Positions 11,958-26,453 of a stretch of 64,000 bases of DNA are shown piece by piece. The DNA is from Squalus acanthias (lineage: Eukaryota), in NCBI GenBank assembly GCA_030390025.1, contig CM059434.1:95418001-95482000 (forward strand), written 5' to 3'. Every line of letters starts with the position of its first letter. Position 1 is the stretch's first letter. Position numbers and translations under genes: made by a program. Below the pieces are notes generated by a model. The model did not search any database, was not told the DNA's origin, and was given only the letters and a program-made list of their open reading frames with translations.

Positions 11958-12891
11958 CTGTAAAATAAGAAGTCTGGGCTTAATTAATCTGATGTAAATA
12001 GCTAGTTAACAGGAAATAGAAGGAGCAAAATTGCAAAACAACTTTTGTAAATATGATGCCATTTCCATACAGTTGTGTGAGATACTTTATCACATTCTAG
12101 TTGTACAATTTCACCACAATGACGTATAGAATATCAAGCCAGCACAACATTTGACTGTATGACTGATCAAGCATCAGGTTCTGTTTTAATACTAGTTTTA
12201 CACTCAGCATTTGAAAGATCAAGGGGTGATTTTCATCTGCTTAGAAGGGGTGAGTGGCGGAGGGAAAGTAATTTTACAAAAGAACCTACTGCCCAGAGGC
12301 TGCACAACTTGATTTTTTAGCGGGCATCAAAACAAAAACTGGCAAGCCCTGTACTTGGGCCCGGAATGCTGAGGAATTGTCCAATCGGGGTTTGCAGCTG
12401 AACCTGTACGATGGAGTGAGATGGATCGACTACGTCACTTTCCCATTCCGTGATATGGTTTTACAACCTCAGCACTGACATTGTGTGATAAATAATTTTG
12501 ATAACTGAAAACATGTTATTCAATAAGTATATATATCATAATACACCCTTCTCGCTTGGAGCTTCGCTTGTAGGGGCCCAGAACAGGAACATGGGCGTGT
12601 GAGTTAATGCATATCGCAAAATAATCCGGCAACTGGCGTTAAATTCCTGATTTGCACCCGTTCCACTAAACGTTCTGACAGGAGCACAATTTCCTAAAAG
12701 CTGCCCTATAAGTTACAACATAATGACCAGAGATACAAACATTTCCAATTCAAACAATTAGAATTGAAAATTTGAGGTGTAAAACTGAAAGCCGTGTTTT
12801 GTTACCTACTCAATGACAGACCACATGGAGTTAGAAACAATCCATTTGTGGAGACAGACTTGGTGCAAGGTATAAACCCGCTGTCACTTAC

Positions 12892-12951
12892 CAGTTGTGT
12901 AGCTGGTGGTAGACGTAGTGGTAATCGGTGTCACTTCTGGTGAGGTAGTTT
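12892..12951 (-). CDS. Mucin PTS 60-nt exon ETTSPEVTPITTTSTTSYTT
   Basis: Canonical splice sites; phase 1-1. Confidence 0.9.
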
Positions 12952-13714
12952 CTATAGAGCAGGAAAAACATTTCAACCTGTTACACTGCACGCTGAGGCT
13001 CTGAGTCTGTATCAGGTTTAAAAACTTACTTTCCTGTTGCACATAGCCGAGCACAAAAATTGTGAAATGAAATCTTTCAGATCTATCGAAGTCTACCCAA
13101 TAAAGATATTTTAGTGGATAAACAAGACAATTAATATGCAGACATACATTCAGTACATCATTTCCACACTATAAGAGTAGGTGGAATTGTCAAGCAGATT
13201 TAATGGAGTTCCTGGAAATACAAGTTTTCAATGTCCACTGGAAACTTCTTCCAATGGACAGATCCATATTGACCTCAGCTGTCCAGATAAACAGTGGCTC
13301 TGAAAATACTCGGGCAGCAATCCTGGCGATTATACCAGGGTCACATCGACCTGGGCCCTTCACCACAATATTCAGACACATGCCATGCTGCTGTTTCTAT
13401 TCAGAGGGAAGAGATATGAAATTGCTGGTCATGCCGACCTCTGCATCAGTTACTTTCTTGATATGTGTGTGGACAGCATAGTGGCTTAAAATACAGAAGA
13501 GCCCGATGCTAGCCCGGAAGGAGGTTAACGCATAACAGCTATTCTAGGTTTGATGGCTTTTCCAAACTGACTTGTGCAATACTTTATCTCATTATGGTTA
13601 TAAAATTTCACGATTTTAGTGAAAAGAATATCAAGCCAGCATAACATTTGACTGCATGACTGGTCGAGCATCAGGTTGTTTTATCATACTCGTATTTCTT
13701 TCATCATTTGAAAG

Positions 13715-14403
13715 AACATAAGAACATAAGAAATAGGAGCAGGAGTAGGCCATTTGGCCCCTCGAACCTGCTCCGCCATTCAATAAGATCATGGCTGATT
13801 TTCTACCTCAACTCCACCTTCCTGTTCCTGCACAATCCCCATATTCCTTGATTCCCTTAATATCCAAAAATCAATTGATCTCTGTCTTGAATATAGTCAA
13901 CGACTGAGCCTCCACAGCCCTCTGGGGTAGAGAATTCCAAAGATTCACCACCCTCTGAGTGAAGAAATTTCTCCTCATCTCAGTCCTAAATGGCCGACCC
14001 CTTATTTTGAGACTGTGACCCCTGGTGCTAGACTCCCCAGCCAGGGGAAACATCCTCCCTGCATCTTCCCTGTCAAGCCCTGTAAGAATTTTGTATGTTT
14101 CAATGAGCTCACCGCTCATTCTTCTAAACTCTAGGGAATATAGGCCTTGTCTACTCAATCTCTCCTCATACGATAATCCCCCCATCCCAGGAATCAGTCT
14201 GGTGAAACTTCGTTACACTCCCTTTATGGCAAGTATATCCTTCCTTAGGTAAAGAGACCAAAACTGTACACAATACTCCAGGTGTGGTCTCACCAGGGCC
14301 CTATATAATTGCTGTAGATGTCTTTACTCTTATACTCAAATCCTCTTGTAATAAAGGCCAACATACCATTTGCATTACTAATTGCTTGCTGTACCTGCAT
14401 GTT
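13715..14403 (-). mobile_element. CR1 LINE 3' fragment, copy C1
   Basis: MGGLSYEERLSRQGLYSLEFRRM...FFTQRVVNLWNSLP; (aagaacat)n tail on the + strand. Confidence 0.9.
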
Positions 14404-15069
14404 AAGGAGATTAGGAAGTGATTTTTAGCTGCCTGTGAGGGGAGATGAAATTGTGAAAAAGAATCTACTACTCAGAGGCCGCCCGACTCAATTTTCCAGC
14501 AGGCATCGAAACAAAAACTGGCGAGTCCTGTACCTAGTCTCAGAACGGTGAGGAATAGTCCGATAGGGTTTTGCAGCTGAACCAGTAGCATGGAGAGAGA
14601 TGGATCGGCTACATGACTTTCTCTCATTCCTTGATATGCTTTACATACTCAGTTTAAATATTGTCTGACAAATCATTTTGATAACTGAAAATGTGTTATT
14701 TAGTAATATATATTTTAACACATCCTTCTCGCTTGGAGGACCGCACAGCAGGGGCACATCATAGGAATAGAAGCGTGGAAGTTAATGCACATCTCAAAAT
14801 AATCCTTCAATTGGCGTCAAATTCCTGATTTGCACCCATTCCACTAAACGTTATGTCAGGAGCACAAGTTCCTAAAAGCTGCCCTATAAGTTACAACATA
14901 ATGACCAGAGATACAAACATTTCCAAAGCAAACAATCAGAATTGAAAATTTGGGGTTTAAAACTGAAAGCCGTGTTTTGTTACCTCCTCAATGACAGACC
15001 ACATGGAGTTAGAAACAATCCACTTGTGGAGACAGACTTGGTGCAAGGTATAAAACCGCTGTCACTTAC

Positions 15070-15129
15070 CAGTTGTGTAGCTGGTGGTAGACGTAGTGGT
15101 AATCGGTGTCACTTCTGGTGAGGTGGTTT
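15070..15129 (-). CDS. Mucin PTS 60-nt exon ETTSPEVTPITTTSTTSYTT
   Basis: Canonical splice sites; phase 1-1. Confidence 0.9.
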
Positions 15130-15378
15130 CTATAGAGCAGGAAAAACATTTCAACCTGTTACACTGCACGCTGAGGCTCTGAGTCTGTATCAGCTTTAAA
15201 AACATACTTTTCTACTGAATGTAGCACGGCAAAAAAGTTGTAAAAATGAAATCTATTCTCTTCTAAGTCTACTCAATAAAACTATTTTAGTGGAGAGAAA
15301 TTACAACAATTTAATGGCCCTTACATTCAGGGCATAATTTCCACAAGTATAAGAGTTGCTGGAATTGTCACCTAGATT

Positions 15379-16305
15379 TTTTTTTATTCGTTCCTGGGAT
15401 GTGGGCGTCGCTGGCACAGCCAGCATTTATTGCCCATCCCTAACTGCACGCGAGAAGGCGGTAGTGAGTCGACTTCTTGAAACGCTACAGTCCGTGTGAT
15501 GAAGTTTCTCCCACAGTGCTGTTGGTGAGGGGGTTCAAGGATTTGGAGCCAGTGATGATGAAGAAACAGCAATAATTTTCCAAGTCAGGATGGTGTGTCA
15601 CTTGGAGGGGAACTTACGGGTGATGGTGTTCCAGGCACCTACTGCCCTTGTCCTTCTAGCTGGAAGAGGTCGCAAGTTTGGGAGGTGCTGTCGAAGAAGC
15701 CCTGGCGAGTTGCTGCAGTGCATCTTGTAGATGGGTCACACTGTAACCACGGTACGCCGGCGGTGGAGTGAGTGAATGTTTAAGGTGGTGGATGGGGTGC
15801 CTATCAGATGGGCTGCTTTGTCCTGGAAGGTGTCGAGCTTCTTGAGTGTTGTTGGAGCTCCACTCATCCAGGCGAATGGACAGTATTCCATCACACTCCT
15901 GACTTGTGCCTTGTAGATGGTGGAAAGACTTTGGGAAGTCAGGAGGTGAGACACTTGCCACAAAATACCCAGCCCCAAACCTGCTCTTGTAGCCACAATA
16001 TTTATGTGGCTGGTCCAGTTACGTTTCTGGTCAATGGTGACCCCCCACCAGGATGTTGATGGTGGGGGATTCGGCGATGGTAATGCCGTTGAATGTCATT
16101 GGGCGGTGGTTCGACTTTCGCTTGTTGGAGATAGTCATTGCCTGGCACTTGTGTGGAGCGAATGTTACTTGCCACTTATCAACCCAAGCCTGAATGTCAT
16201 CCAGGTCTTGCTGTATTCGGGCATGAACTGCTTCATTATCTGAGGAGTTGTGAATGGAACTGAACACTGTGCAATCATCATTGAACATCCCCATTTCTGA
16301 CCTTA
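15379..16305 (-). mobile_element. 5'-truncated LINE, copy A2
   Basis: Same sequence, junctions and truncation point as 4086-5016. Confidence 0.85.
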
Positions 16306-17057
16306 TGATCGTGCTGTTAATGGTGTTTCTGGAAATATGAGATTTCAATGGCCTGTGGAAGCTTCTTATAATAGACAGATCCATATTGCCCTCAGCTGCC
16401 CAGAAAAACAGTGGCTCTGAAAATACTAGGGTAGAAATCCTGGCAATTATACCAGGATCACATCTCCCAGGGCCCTCCAGTGCTGACCAGACCAGAGTAT
16501 GCAGCTCAGTGGGAGATCCTGTCATTTAAATATTATGGCAGGGACCTGCACCACAATATTCAGACACATGCGCTGCTGCTGTTTCTATTCAGTGGGAAGA
16601 GATATGAAATTGCTGGCCATGCCCACTGATGCATCGGTCACTTTCTTGATATGTGTGTGGACAGCATATTGGCTTATAATGAAGAAGAGCCCGATGAAGG
16701 CATAAAAGTTGAGGCAAGATTTAAAAGTGGGTGAAACAATATCATGCAAAGAATTTGAAGGTATATTAATCATCATATCACTATCCACTTCTCTAATTGA
16801 GGCATTAGCCCATTTCCTTTATGTGGATTAATGACTCAATTAAAATGGCAGACAGAAGAATGTCTTACGAATCTGTGCCGCTTTCGGGCTGACTATAATC
16901 ACTGACTGTAATTTCTAATCTAAGATCTACTTCTTGCTTTCTCTGCTTGATGTACTGATCCATGTCGGATGTAGAATTTTCACTGCAATAGGACAATCTA
17001 GTTCTAAGTGCTTTTGTACTGAAAGATAATTTTCTTGCACATAAATGTCATAATTAC

Positions 17058-17411
17058 CAGGAATCGTGGTTGTAGAGGTCGTTATAGGCAGACTGGTTGT
17101 TGTCCATATTATTTGTGGCTCACAGCAAACTCGAATGTGGTAGTCATAACATGACGTGTTCTCCTGCAAAGCACTTTCGGTGGCAATACAGACGAGCCCT
17201 GTGTCTTTGTCGCAGGTCACATTGTCTGTTGATTCACTTACTGGCCACTCAGGGTAATCGACAAATTGGCACTGAATTTTATTAATTGCATCGGAAGAGG
17301 AAGGACACAATTTATCACGAATGGGATCCAATAATTCAGAATCGCCCGGGCTTGACGGAGTAGGAGTATGTTCGTTAAACCACGGAGACCATTTGCCATT
17401 ACACACCTCCT
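17058..17411 (-). CDS. Mucin CysD exon, copy 2
   Basis: 354 nt, phase 1-1. Confidence 0.93.
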
Positions 17412-18345
17412 CTGTAAAATAAGAAGTCTGGGCTTAATTAATCTGATGTAAATAGCTAGTTAACAGGAAATAGAAGGAGCAAAATTGCAAAACAACTTTT
17501 GTAAATATGATGCCATTTCCATACAGTTGTGTGAGATACTTTATCACATTCTAGTTACACAATTTCACCACAATGATGTAAAGAATATCAAGCCAGCACA
17601 ACATTTGACTGTATGACTGATCTAGCATCAGGTTCTGTTTTAATACTAGTTTTACACTCAGCATTTGAAAGATCAAAGGTGATTTTCATCTGCTTAGAAG
17701 GAGTGAGTGGCGGAGGGAAAGTAATTTTACAAAAGAACCTACTGCCCAGAGGCTGCACAACTCGATTTTCTAGCGGGCATCAAAACAAAAACTGGCGAGC
17801 CCTGTACTTGGGCCCGGAACGCTGAGGAATTGTCCAATCGGGGTTTGCAGCTGAACCTGTACGATGGAGTGAGATGGATCGACTACGTCACTTTCCCATT
17901 CCGTGATATGGTTTTACAACCTCAGCACTGATATTGTGTGATAAATAATTTTGATAACTGAAAACATGTTATTCAATAAGTATATATATCATAATACACC
18001 CTTCTCGCTTGGAGCTTCGCTTGGCGGGGGCCCAGAACAGGAACATGGGCGTGTGAGTTAATGCACATCGCAAAATAAACCGTCAATTGGCGTTAAATTC
18101 CTGATTTGCACCCGTTCCACTAAACGTTATGACAGGAGCACAATTTCCTAAAAGCTGCCCTATAAGTTACAACATAATGAACAGAGATACAAACATTTCC
18201 AAAGCAAACAATTAGAATTGAAAATTTGGGGTTTAAAACTGAAAGCCGTGTTTTGTTACCTACTCAGTGACAGACCACACGGAGTTAGAAACAATCCACT
18301 TGTGGAGACAGACTTGGTGCAAGGTATAAAACCGCTGTCACTTAC

Positions 18346-18405
18346 CAGGTGTGTAGCTGGTGGTAGACGTAGTGGTAATCGGTGTCACTTCTGGTGAGGT
18401 AGTTT
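18346..18405 (-). CDS. Mucin PTS 60-nt exon ETTSPEVTPITTTSTTSYTP
   Basis: Canonical splice sites; phase 1-1. Confidence 0.9.
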
Positions 18406-19315
18406 CTATAGAGCAGGAAAAACATTTCAACCTGTTACACTGCACACTGAGGCTCTGAGTCTGTATCAGGTTGAAAAACTTACTTTTCTGCTGAAGGTAG
18501 CCAGGCAAAAAAGTTGCAAAAATGAAATCTATTCACTTCTAAGTCTACTCAATAAAACTATTTTAGCGGAGAGAAAATACAACCGTTTAATGGCCCTTAC
18601 ATTCAGGACATCATTTCCACAATATAAGAGTGGCTGGAATTGTCAGATAGATTTGATCGCACTGTTAATGGAGTTCCTGGAAATATGAGTTTTCAATGTC
18701 CAGTGGAATCTTCTTCCAATGGACAGATCCATATTGACCTCAGCTGTCCAGATAAACAGTGACTCTGAAAATACTCGGGCAACAATCCTGGCGATTATAC
18801 CAGGGTCACACCACCCAGGGCCCTCCAGAGCTGACCTGACCAGAGTATGTAGGTCAGTGGGAGATCCTGTCATTTAAATATTATGGCAGGGACCTTCACC
18901 ACAATATTCAGACACATGCCCTGCTGCTGTTTCTATTCAGTGGGAAGAGATATGAAATTGCTGGCCATGCCCACTGATACATCGGTCACTTTCTTGATAT
19001 GTGTGTGAGCAGAATATTGCCTTCTAATGCAGAAGAGCCCGATGGTAGCCCAGAAGGAGATGAACACATAACAGCTATTCTAAGTTTGATGGCTTTTCCA
19101 TACAGATTGTGAAGTACTTTATAACATTCTAGTTGCACAATTTCACAATAATGGTACAAAGAATATCAAGCCAGCACAACAATTGACTGTATGACTGATC
19201 TAGCATCAGGTTGTTTTATCATACTAGTTTTACACTCAGCATTTGAAAGCGCAAGGGGTGATTTTCATCTCCTTACGAGGGCGGGAGTGACGGAGGGAAA
19301 GTAATTCTACAAAAG

Positions 19316-19746
19316 GGTCGACTAGGCCTGTATTCACTAGAGTTTAGAAGAATGAGAGGGGATCTCATTGAAACGTATAAAATTCTGACAGGGCTAGACA
19401 GACTGGATGCAGGGAGGATGTTTCCCCTGGCTGGTGGGTCTAGAACGAGGGGTCACAGTCTCAGGATATGGGGTAGGACATTTAGGACTGAGATGAGGAG
19501 AAATTTCTTCACTCAGAGGGTGGTGAACCTGTGGAATTCTCTACCACAGAAGGCTGTGGCGGCCATGTCACTGAATATATTTAAGAAGGAGATAGATATA
19601 TTTCTAGACACAAAAGGCATCAAGGGGTATGGGGAGGGAATGGGAATATGTTATTGAGATAGAGGATCAGCCATGATCATGTTGAATGGCGGAGCAGACT
19701 CGAGGGGCCGAATGGCCTACTCCTGCTCCTATTTTTCTATGTTTCT
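19316..19746 (+). mobile_element. CR1 LINE 3' fragment, copy B2
   Basis: Same junctions as 9511-9945. Confidence 0.9.
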
Positions 19747-20344
19747 AGAACCTACTGCCAAGAGGCGGCAAGACTTGATTTTCTAGTGGGCATCGTAAAA
19801 AATGTTGAGCCCGGTACTTGGGCTCGGAACGGTGAGAAATAGTCCAAAAGAGTTTTGCAGCTGGAGCTGTATGATGGGGTGAGATTGATCGGCTACATGA
19901 CTTTCTATCATTCCTTGATATTTCCTTGACATTGTGTGACAAATAATTTTGATAAGTGCAAACATGTTATTTAATAAGATTATCTATTATAATACACCCT
20001 TCTCGCTTGGAGCTTCGCTTGCCGGGGTTACATAACAGGAATATGAGCGTGGAAATTAATGCACATCGCAAAATAATCCGTCAATTGGCGTCAAATTCCT
20101 GATTTGCGCCCATTCCGCGAAACGTTATGTCAAGAGCACAATTTCCTAAAAGCTGCCCTATAAGTTACAACATAATGACCAGAGATTCAAAAATTTCCGA
20201 AGCAAACAATCACAAAGGAAAATTTGTGATGTAAAAATGAAAGCCATGTTTTGTTACCTCCTCAATGACATACCACACGGAGATAGAAAACAATCCGCCT
20301 CTGGAGACAGACTTGGTGCAAGGTATAAAACCGCTGTCACTTAC

Positions 20345-20404
20345 CAGTTGTGTAGCTGGTGGTAGACGTAGTGGTAATCGGTGTCACTTCTGGTACTGTA
20401 GTTT
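20345..20404 (-). CDS. Mucin PTS 60-nt exon ETTVPEVTPITTTSTTSYTT
   Basis: Canonical splice sites; phase 1-1. Confidence 0.9.
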
Positions 20405-21230
20405 CTATAGAGCAGGAAAACATTTCAACCTGTTACACTGCACGCTGAGGCTCTGAGTCTATATCAGGTTTAAAAACTTACTTTCCTGTTGCACATAGCC
20501 GAGCACAAAAATTGTGAAATGAAATCTTTCAGATCTATCGAAGTCTACTCAATAAAATTATTTCAGTGGATAAACAAGACAATTAATATACGGCCATACT
20601 TTCAGTACATCATTTCCACACTATCAGAGTTGGTGGAATTGTCAAGCAGATTTAATGGAGTTCCTGGAAATACAAGTTTTCAATGTCCACTGGAAACTTC
20701 TTCCAATGGACAGATCCATATTGACCTCAGCTGTCCAGATAAACAGTGGCTCTGAAAATACTCGGGCAGCAATCCTGGCGATTATTCCAGGGTCACACCT
20801 CCCAGGGCCCTCCAGAGCTGAGCTGACCAGAGTATGTCGGTCAGTAGGAGGTCCTGTCATTTAAATATTATGGCAGGGCCCTTCACCACAATATTCAGAC
20901 ACATGCCCTGCTGCTGTTTCTATTCAGAGGGAAGAGATATGAAATTGCTGGTCATGCCGACCTCTGCATCAGTTACTTTCTTGATATGTCTGTGGTCAGC
21001 ATATTGGCTTATAATACACAAGAGTCCGATGCTAGCCCGGTTAACGCATAACAGCTATTCTAGGTTGGATGGCTTTTCCAAGCTGACTTGTGCAGTACTT
21101 TATCACATTATGGTTATAAAATTTCACGATGTTAGTGAAAAGAATATCAATCCAGCATAACATTTGACTGCATGACTGGTCGAGCGTCAGATTGTTTTAT
21201 CATACTCGTATTTCATTCATCATTTGAAAG

Positions 21231-21912
21231 AACATAAGAAATAAGAGCAGGAGTAGGCCATTTGGCCCCTTGAACCTGCTCCGCCATTCAATAAGATCAT
21301 GGCTGATTTTCTACCTCAACTGCACTTTCCTGTTCCTGCACTATCCCCATATTCCTTGATTCCCTTAATATCCAAAAAACAATTGATCTCTGTCTTGAAT
21401 ATAGTCAACGACTGAGCCTCCACAGCTCTCTGGGGTAGAGAATTCCAAAGATTCACCACCCTCTGAGTGAAGAAATTTCTCCTCATCTCAGTCCTAAATG
21501 GCCGACCCCTTATTTTGAGACTGTCACCCCTTGTTCTAGACTCCACAGCTAGGGGAAACATCCTCCCTGTATCTTCCCTGTCAAGCCCTGTAAGAATTTT
21601 GTATGTTTCAATGAGCTCATTGCCCATTCTTCTAAACTCTAGAGAATATAGGCCTAGTCTACTCAATCTCTCCTCATACGACAATCCCCCCATCCCAGGA
21701 ATCAGTCTGGTGAAACTTCGTTACACTCCCTTTATGGCAAGTATATCCTTCCTTAGGTAAAGAGACCAAAACTGTACACAATACTCCAGGTGTGGTCTCA
21801 CCAGGGCCCTATATAATTGCTGTAGATGTCTTTACTCTTATACTCAAATCCTCTTGTAATAAAGGCCAACATACCTTTTGCATTACTAATTGCTTGCTGT
21901 ACCTGCATGTTA
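21231..21912 (-). mobile_element. CR1 LINE 3' fragment, copy C2
   Basis: Same junctions as 13715-14403. Confidence 0.9.
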
Positions 21913-22563
21913 AGGAGATTAAGGAGGTGATTTTTAGCTGCCTGTGAGGGGAGATGAAATTGTGCAAAAGAATCTACTACCCAGAGACCGCCCGACTCAA
22001 TTTTCTAGCAGGCATCGAAACAAAAACTGGCGAGCCCTGTACCTAGTCTCAGAACGGTGAGGAATAGTCCGATAGGGTTTTGCAGCTGAACCTGTAGCAT
22101 GGAGAGAGATGCATCGGCTACATGACTTTCTCTCATTCCTTTACATACTCAGTTTAAATATTGTGTGACAAATCATTTTGATAACTGAAAACGTGTTATT
22201 TAATATTTTAATACATCCTTCTCGCTTGGAGGACCGCACAGCGGGGGCACATCACAGGAATAGAAGCGTGTGAGTTAATGCACATCTCAAAATAATCCAT
22301 CAATTGGCGTCAAATTCCTGATTTGCGCCCATTCCGCTAAACGTTATGTCAACAGCACAATTTCCTAAAAGCTGCCCTATAAGTTACAACATAATGACCA
22401 GAGATTCAAAAATTTCCGAAGTAAACAATTTGAAAGGAAAATTTGTGATGTAAAAATGAAAGCCGTGTTTTGTTACCTACTCAATGACAGACCACATGGA
22501 GTTAGAAAACAATCCACCTCTGGAGACAGACTTGGTGCAAGGTATAAAACCGCTGTCACTTAC

Positions 22564-22623
22564 CAGTTGTGTAGCTGGTGGTAGACGTAGTGGTGATCGG
22601 TGTTTCTTCTGGTACTGTAGTTT
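22564..22623 (-). CDS. Mucin PTS 60-nt exon ETTVPEETPITTTSTTSYTT
   Basis: Canonical splice sites; phase 1-1. Confidence 0.9.
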
Positions 22624-24106
22624 CTATAGAGCAGGAAAACATTTCAACCTGTTACACTGCACACTGAGGCTCTGAGTCTACATCAGTTTTAAAAACTTAC
22701 TTTTCTGCTGCATGAAGCCGAGCATAAAATTACGAAAATTATATCTATTCACTTCTATCTTAGTCTCCCAATAAAATTATTTTATCAGAGAGAGAATACA
22801 ACCACATAATGGCCCTTACATTCAGGACATCATTTCATCAAGTATAAGAGTGGCTGGAATTGTCACATAGATTTGATCGTGCTGTTAATGGAGTTCCTGG
22901 AATTTCAGTTTTCAATGTCCAGTGGAAACTGCTTACAATGGACAGATCCATATTGACCTGATTTCCCAGATCAACAGTGGCTCTGAAAATACTCGGGCAG
23001 CAATCCTGGCGATTATACCAGGGTCACAACTCCCAGGATCCTCCACAGCTGACCTGACCATAGTATGTAGGTCAGTGTGAGGTCCTGCCATTTAAATATT
23101 ATGGCAGGGACCTTCACCACAATATTCAGCCACATGCCATGATGATGTTTCTATTCAGTGGGAAGAGATATGAAATTGCTGGCCATGCCGACCTCTGCAT
23201 CAGTTACTTACTTGATATGTGCGTGGGCAGCATATTGGCTTATAATACAGAAGAGCCCCATTCTAGCCCGGAAGGAGGTTAACAAATAACAGCTATTCTA
23301 AGTTTGATGGCTTTTCCATACAGACTTCTGAGAAACTTTATCACATTCTAGTTACGCAATTTCACGATTATAATGTTGACATTTGACTGCATGACTGATC
23401 TAGCATCAGGTTAATTTCTTCATGCTAGTATTCCACTCATCATTTGAAAGATCGAGGGGAGATTTGCATCTGCCTACAATAGGATGGGAGAGGGGAGATG
23501 ACATTCTAAGAAAGAGGCTCCCAACTCGATTTTCTAGCGGGCATTGAAACAAAAACTGGCGAGCCCTGTACTTGGGCTGGGAACGGTGAGGAATAGTGCG
23601 ATAGGGTTTTGCAGCTGAACCTGTATGATGGAGTGAGATGGATCGGCTACATGACTTTATCTCATTTCTTGATATGGTTTTACAACCTTAGTGTTGACAT
23701 TGTGTGACAAATAATTTTGATAACTGAAAACGTGTTATTAAATTCGAATATAAAATACATCCTTCTTGCTTGGAGCTTCGCTTGCCGGGGGCACAGAACA
23801 GGAACATGGGCGTGTGAGTTAATGCACATCGCAAAATAATCCTTCAATTGGCGTCAAATTCCTGATTTGCACCCGTTCCACTAAATCTTATGTCAGGAGC
23901 ACAAGTTCCTAAAAGCTGCCCTATAAGTTACAACATAATGACCAGAAATACAAACATTTCCAAAGTAAACAATTTGAAAGGAAAATTTGAGGTGTAAAAA
24001 TGAAAGCCGTGTTTTGTTACCTACTCAATGACAGACCACACGGAGTTAGAAACAATCCACTTGTGGAGACAGACTTGGTGCAAGGTATAAAACCGCTGTC
24101 ACTTAC

Positions 24107-24166
24107 CAGGTGTGAAGCTGGTGGTAGACGTAGTGGTAATCGGTGTCACTTCTGGTGACGTAGCTT
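24107..24166 (-). CDS. Mucin PTS 60-nt exon EATSPEVTPITTTSTTSFTP
   Basis: Canonical splice sites; phase 1-1. Confidence 0.9.
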
Positions 24167-24415
24167 CTATAGAGCAGGAAAAACATTTCAACCTGTTACA
24201 CTGCACGCTGAGGCTCTGAGTCTACATCAGGTTTAAAAACATACTTTTCTGCTGAATGTAGCACGGCAAAAAAGTTGTAAAAATGAAATCTGTTCTCTTC
24301 TAAGTCTACTCAATAAAACTATTTTAGTGGAGAGAAATTATAACTATTTAATGGCCCTTACATTCAGGGCATAATTTCCACAAGTATAAGAGTTGCTGGA
24401 ATTGTCACCTAGATT

Positions 24416-25347
24416 TTTTTTTATTCATTCCTGGGATGTGGGCGTCGCTGGCACGGCCAGCATTTATTGCCCATCCCTAATTGCACTCGAGAAGGTGGTG
24501 GTGAGTCGCCTTCTGGAACCGCTGCAGTCCGTGTGATGAAGTTACTCCCACAGTGCTGTTGGTGAGGGGGTTCAAGGATTTGGAGCCAGTGATGATGAAG
24601 AAACAGCAATATTTTTCCAAGTCAGGATGGTGTGTCACTTGGAGGGGAACTTACAGGTGATGGTGTTCCAGGCACCTACTGCCCTTGTCCTTCTAGCTGG
24701 AAGAGGTCGCGGGTTTGGGAGGTGCTGTCGAAGAAGCCCTGGCGAGTTGCTGCAGTGCATCTTGTGGATGGGACACACTGCAGCCATGGTACGCCGGTGG
24801 TGGAGGGAGTGAATGTTTAAGGTGGTGGATGGGGTACCAATCAGATGGGCTGCTTTGTCCTGGATGGTGTTGAGCTTCTTGAGTGTTGTTGGAGCTCCAC
24901 TCATCCAGGCGAATGGACAGTATTCCATCACACTCCTGACTTGTGCCTTGTAGATGGTGGAAAGACTTTGGGAAGTCAGGAGGTGAGACACTTGCCACAG
25001 AATAACCCAGCCTCAGATCTGCTCTTGTAGCCACAGTATTTCTGTTGCTGGTCCAGATACGTTTCTGGTCAATGGTGACCCTGCCCCCCCCAGGATGTTG
25101 ATGGTGGGGGATTCGGCGATGGTAATGCCGTTGAATGTCAAGGGGCGGTGGTTCGACTTTCGCTTGTTGGAGATAGTCATTGCCTGGCACTTGTGTGGCA
25201 CGAATGTTACTTGCCACTTATCAACCCAAGCCTGAATGTCATCCAGGTCTTGCTGTATTCGGGCATGAACTGCTTCATTATCTGAGGAGTTGTGAATGGA
25301 ACTGAACACTGTGCAATCATCATTGAACATCCCCATTTCTGACCTTA
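24416..25347 (-). mobile_element. 5'-truncated LINE, copy A3
   Basis: Same junctions as 4086-5016. Confidence 0.85.
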
Positions 25348-26099
25348 TGATCGTGCTGTTAATGGAGTTCCTGGAAATATGAGATTTCAATGGCCAGTGG
25401 AAGCTTCTTACAATAGACATATCCATATTGCCCTCAGCTGCCCAGAAAAACAGTGGCTCTGAAAATACTAGGGTAGAAATCCCGGCAATTATACCAGGAT
25501 CACATCTCCCAGGGCCCTCCAGCGCTGACCAGACCAGAGTATGCAGCTCAGTGGGAGATCCTGTCATTTAAATATTATGGCAGGGACCTGCACCACAATA
25601 TTCAGACACATGCCCTGCTGCTGTTTCTATTCAGTGGGAAGAGATATGAAATTGCTGGCCATGCCCACTGATGCATCGGTCACTTTCTTGATATGTGTGT
25701 GGACAGCATATTGGCTTATAATGAAGAAGAGCCCAATGAAGGCATAAAAGTTGAGGCAAGATTTAAAAGTGGGTGAAACAATATCATGCAAAGAATTTGA
25801 AGGTATATTAATCATCATATCACTATCCACTTCTCTAATTGAGGCATTAGCCCATTTCCTTTATATGGATTAATACCTCAATTAAAATGGCAGACAGAAG
25901 AATGTCTTACGAATCTGTGCCGCTTTCGGGCTGACTATAATCACTGACTGTAATTTCTAATCTAAGATCTACTTCTTGCTTTCTCTGCTTGATGTACTGA
26001 TCCATGTTGGATGTAGAATTTTCACTGCAATAGGACAATCTAGTTCTAAGTGCTTTTGTACTGAAAGATAATTTTCTTGCACATAAATGTCATAATTAC

Positions 26100-26453
26100 C
26101 AGGAATGGTGGTTGTAGAGGTCGTTATAGGCAGACTGGTTGTTGTCCATATTATTTGTGGCTCACAGCAAACTCGAATGTGGTAGTCATAACATGACGTG
26201 TTCTCCTGCAAAGCACTTTCGGTGGCGATACAGACGAGCCCTGTGTCTTTGTCGCAGGTCACATTGTCTGTTGATTCCCTTACTGGCCACTCAGGGTAAT
26301 CGACAAATTGGCACTGAATTTTATTAATTGCATCGGAAGAAGAAGGACACAATTTATCACGAATGGGATCCAATAATTCAGAATCGCCCGGGCTTGACGG
26401 AGTAGGAGTATGTTCGTTAAACCACGGAGACCATTTGCCATTACACACCTCCT
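26100..26453 (-). CDS. Mucin CysD exon, copy 1 in transcript order
   Basis: 354 nt, phase 1-1; PVRES variant. Confidence 0.93.
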
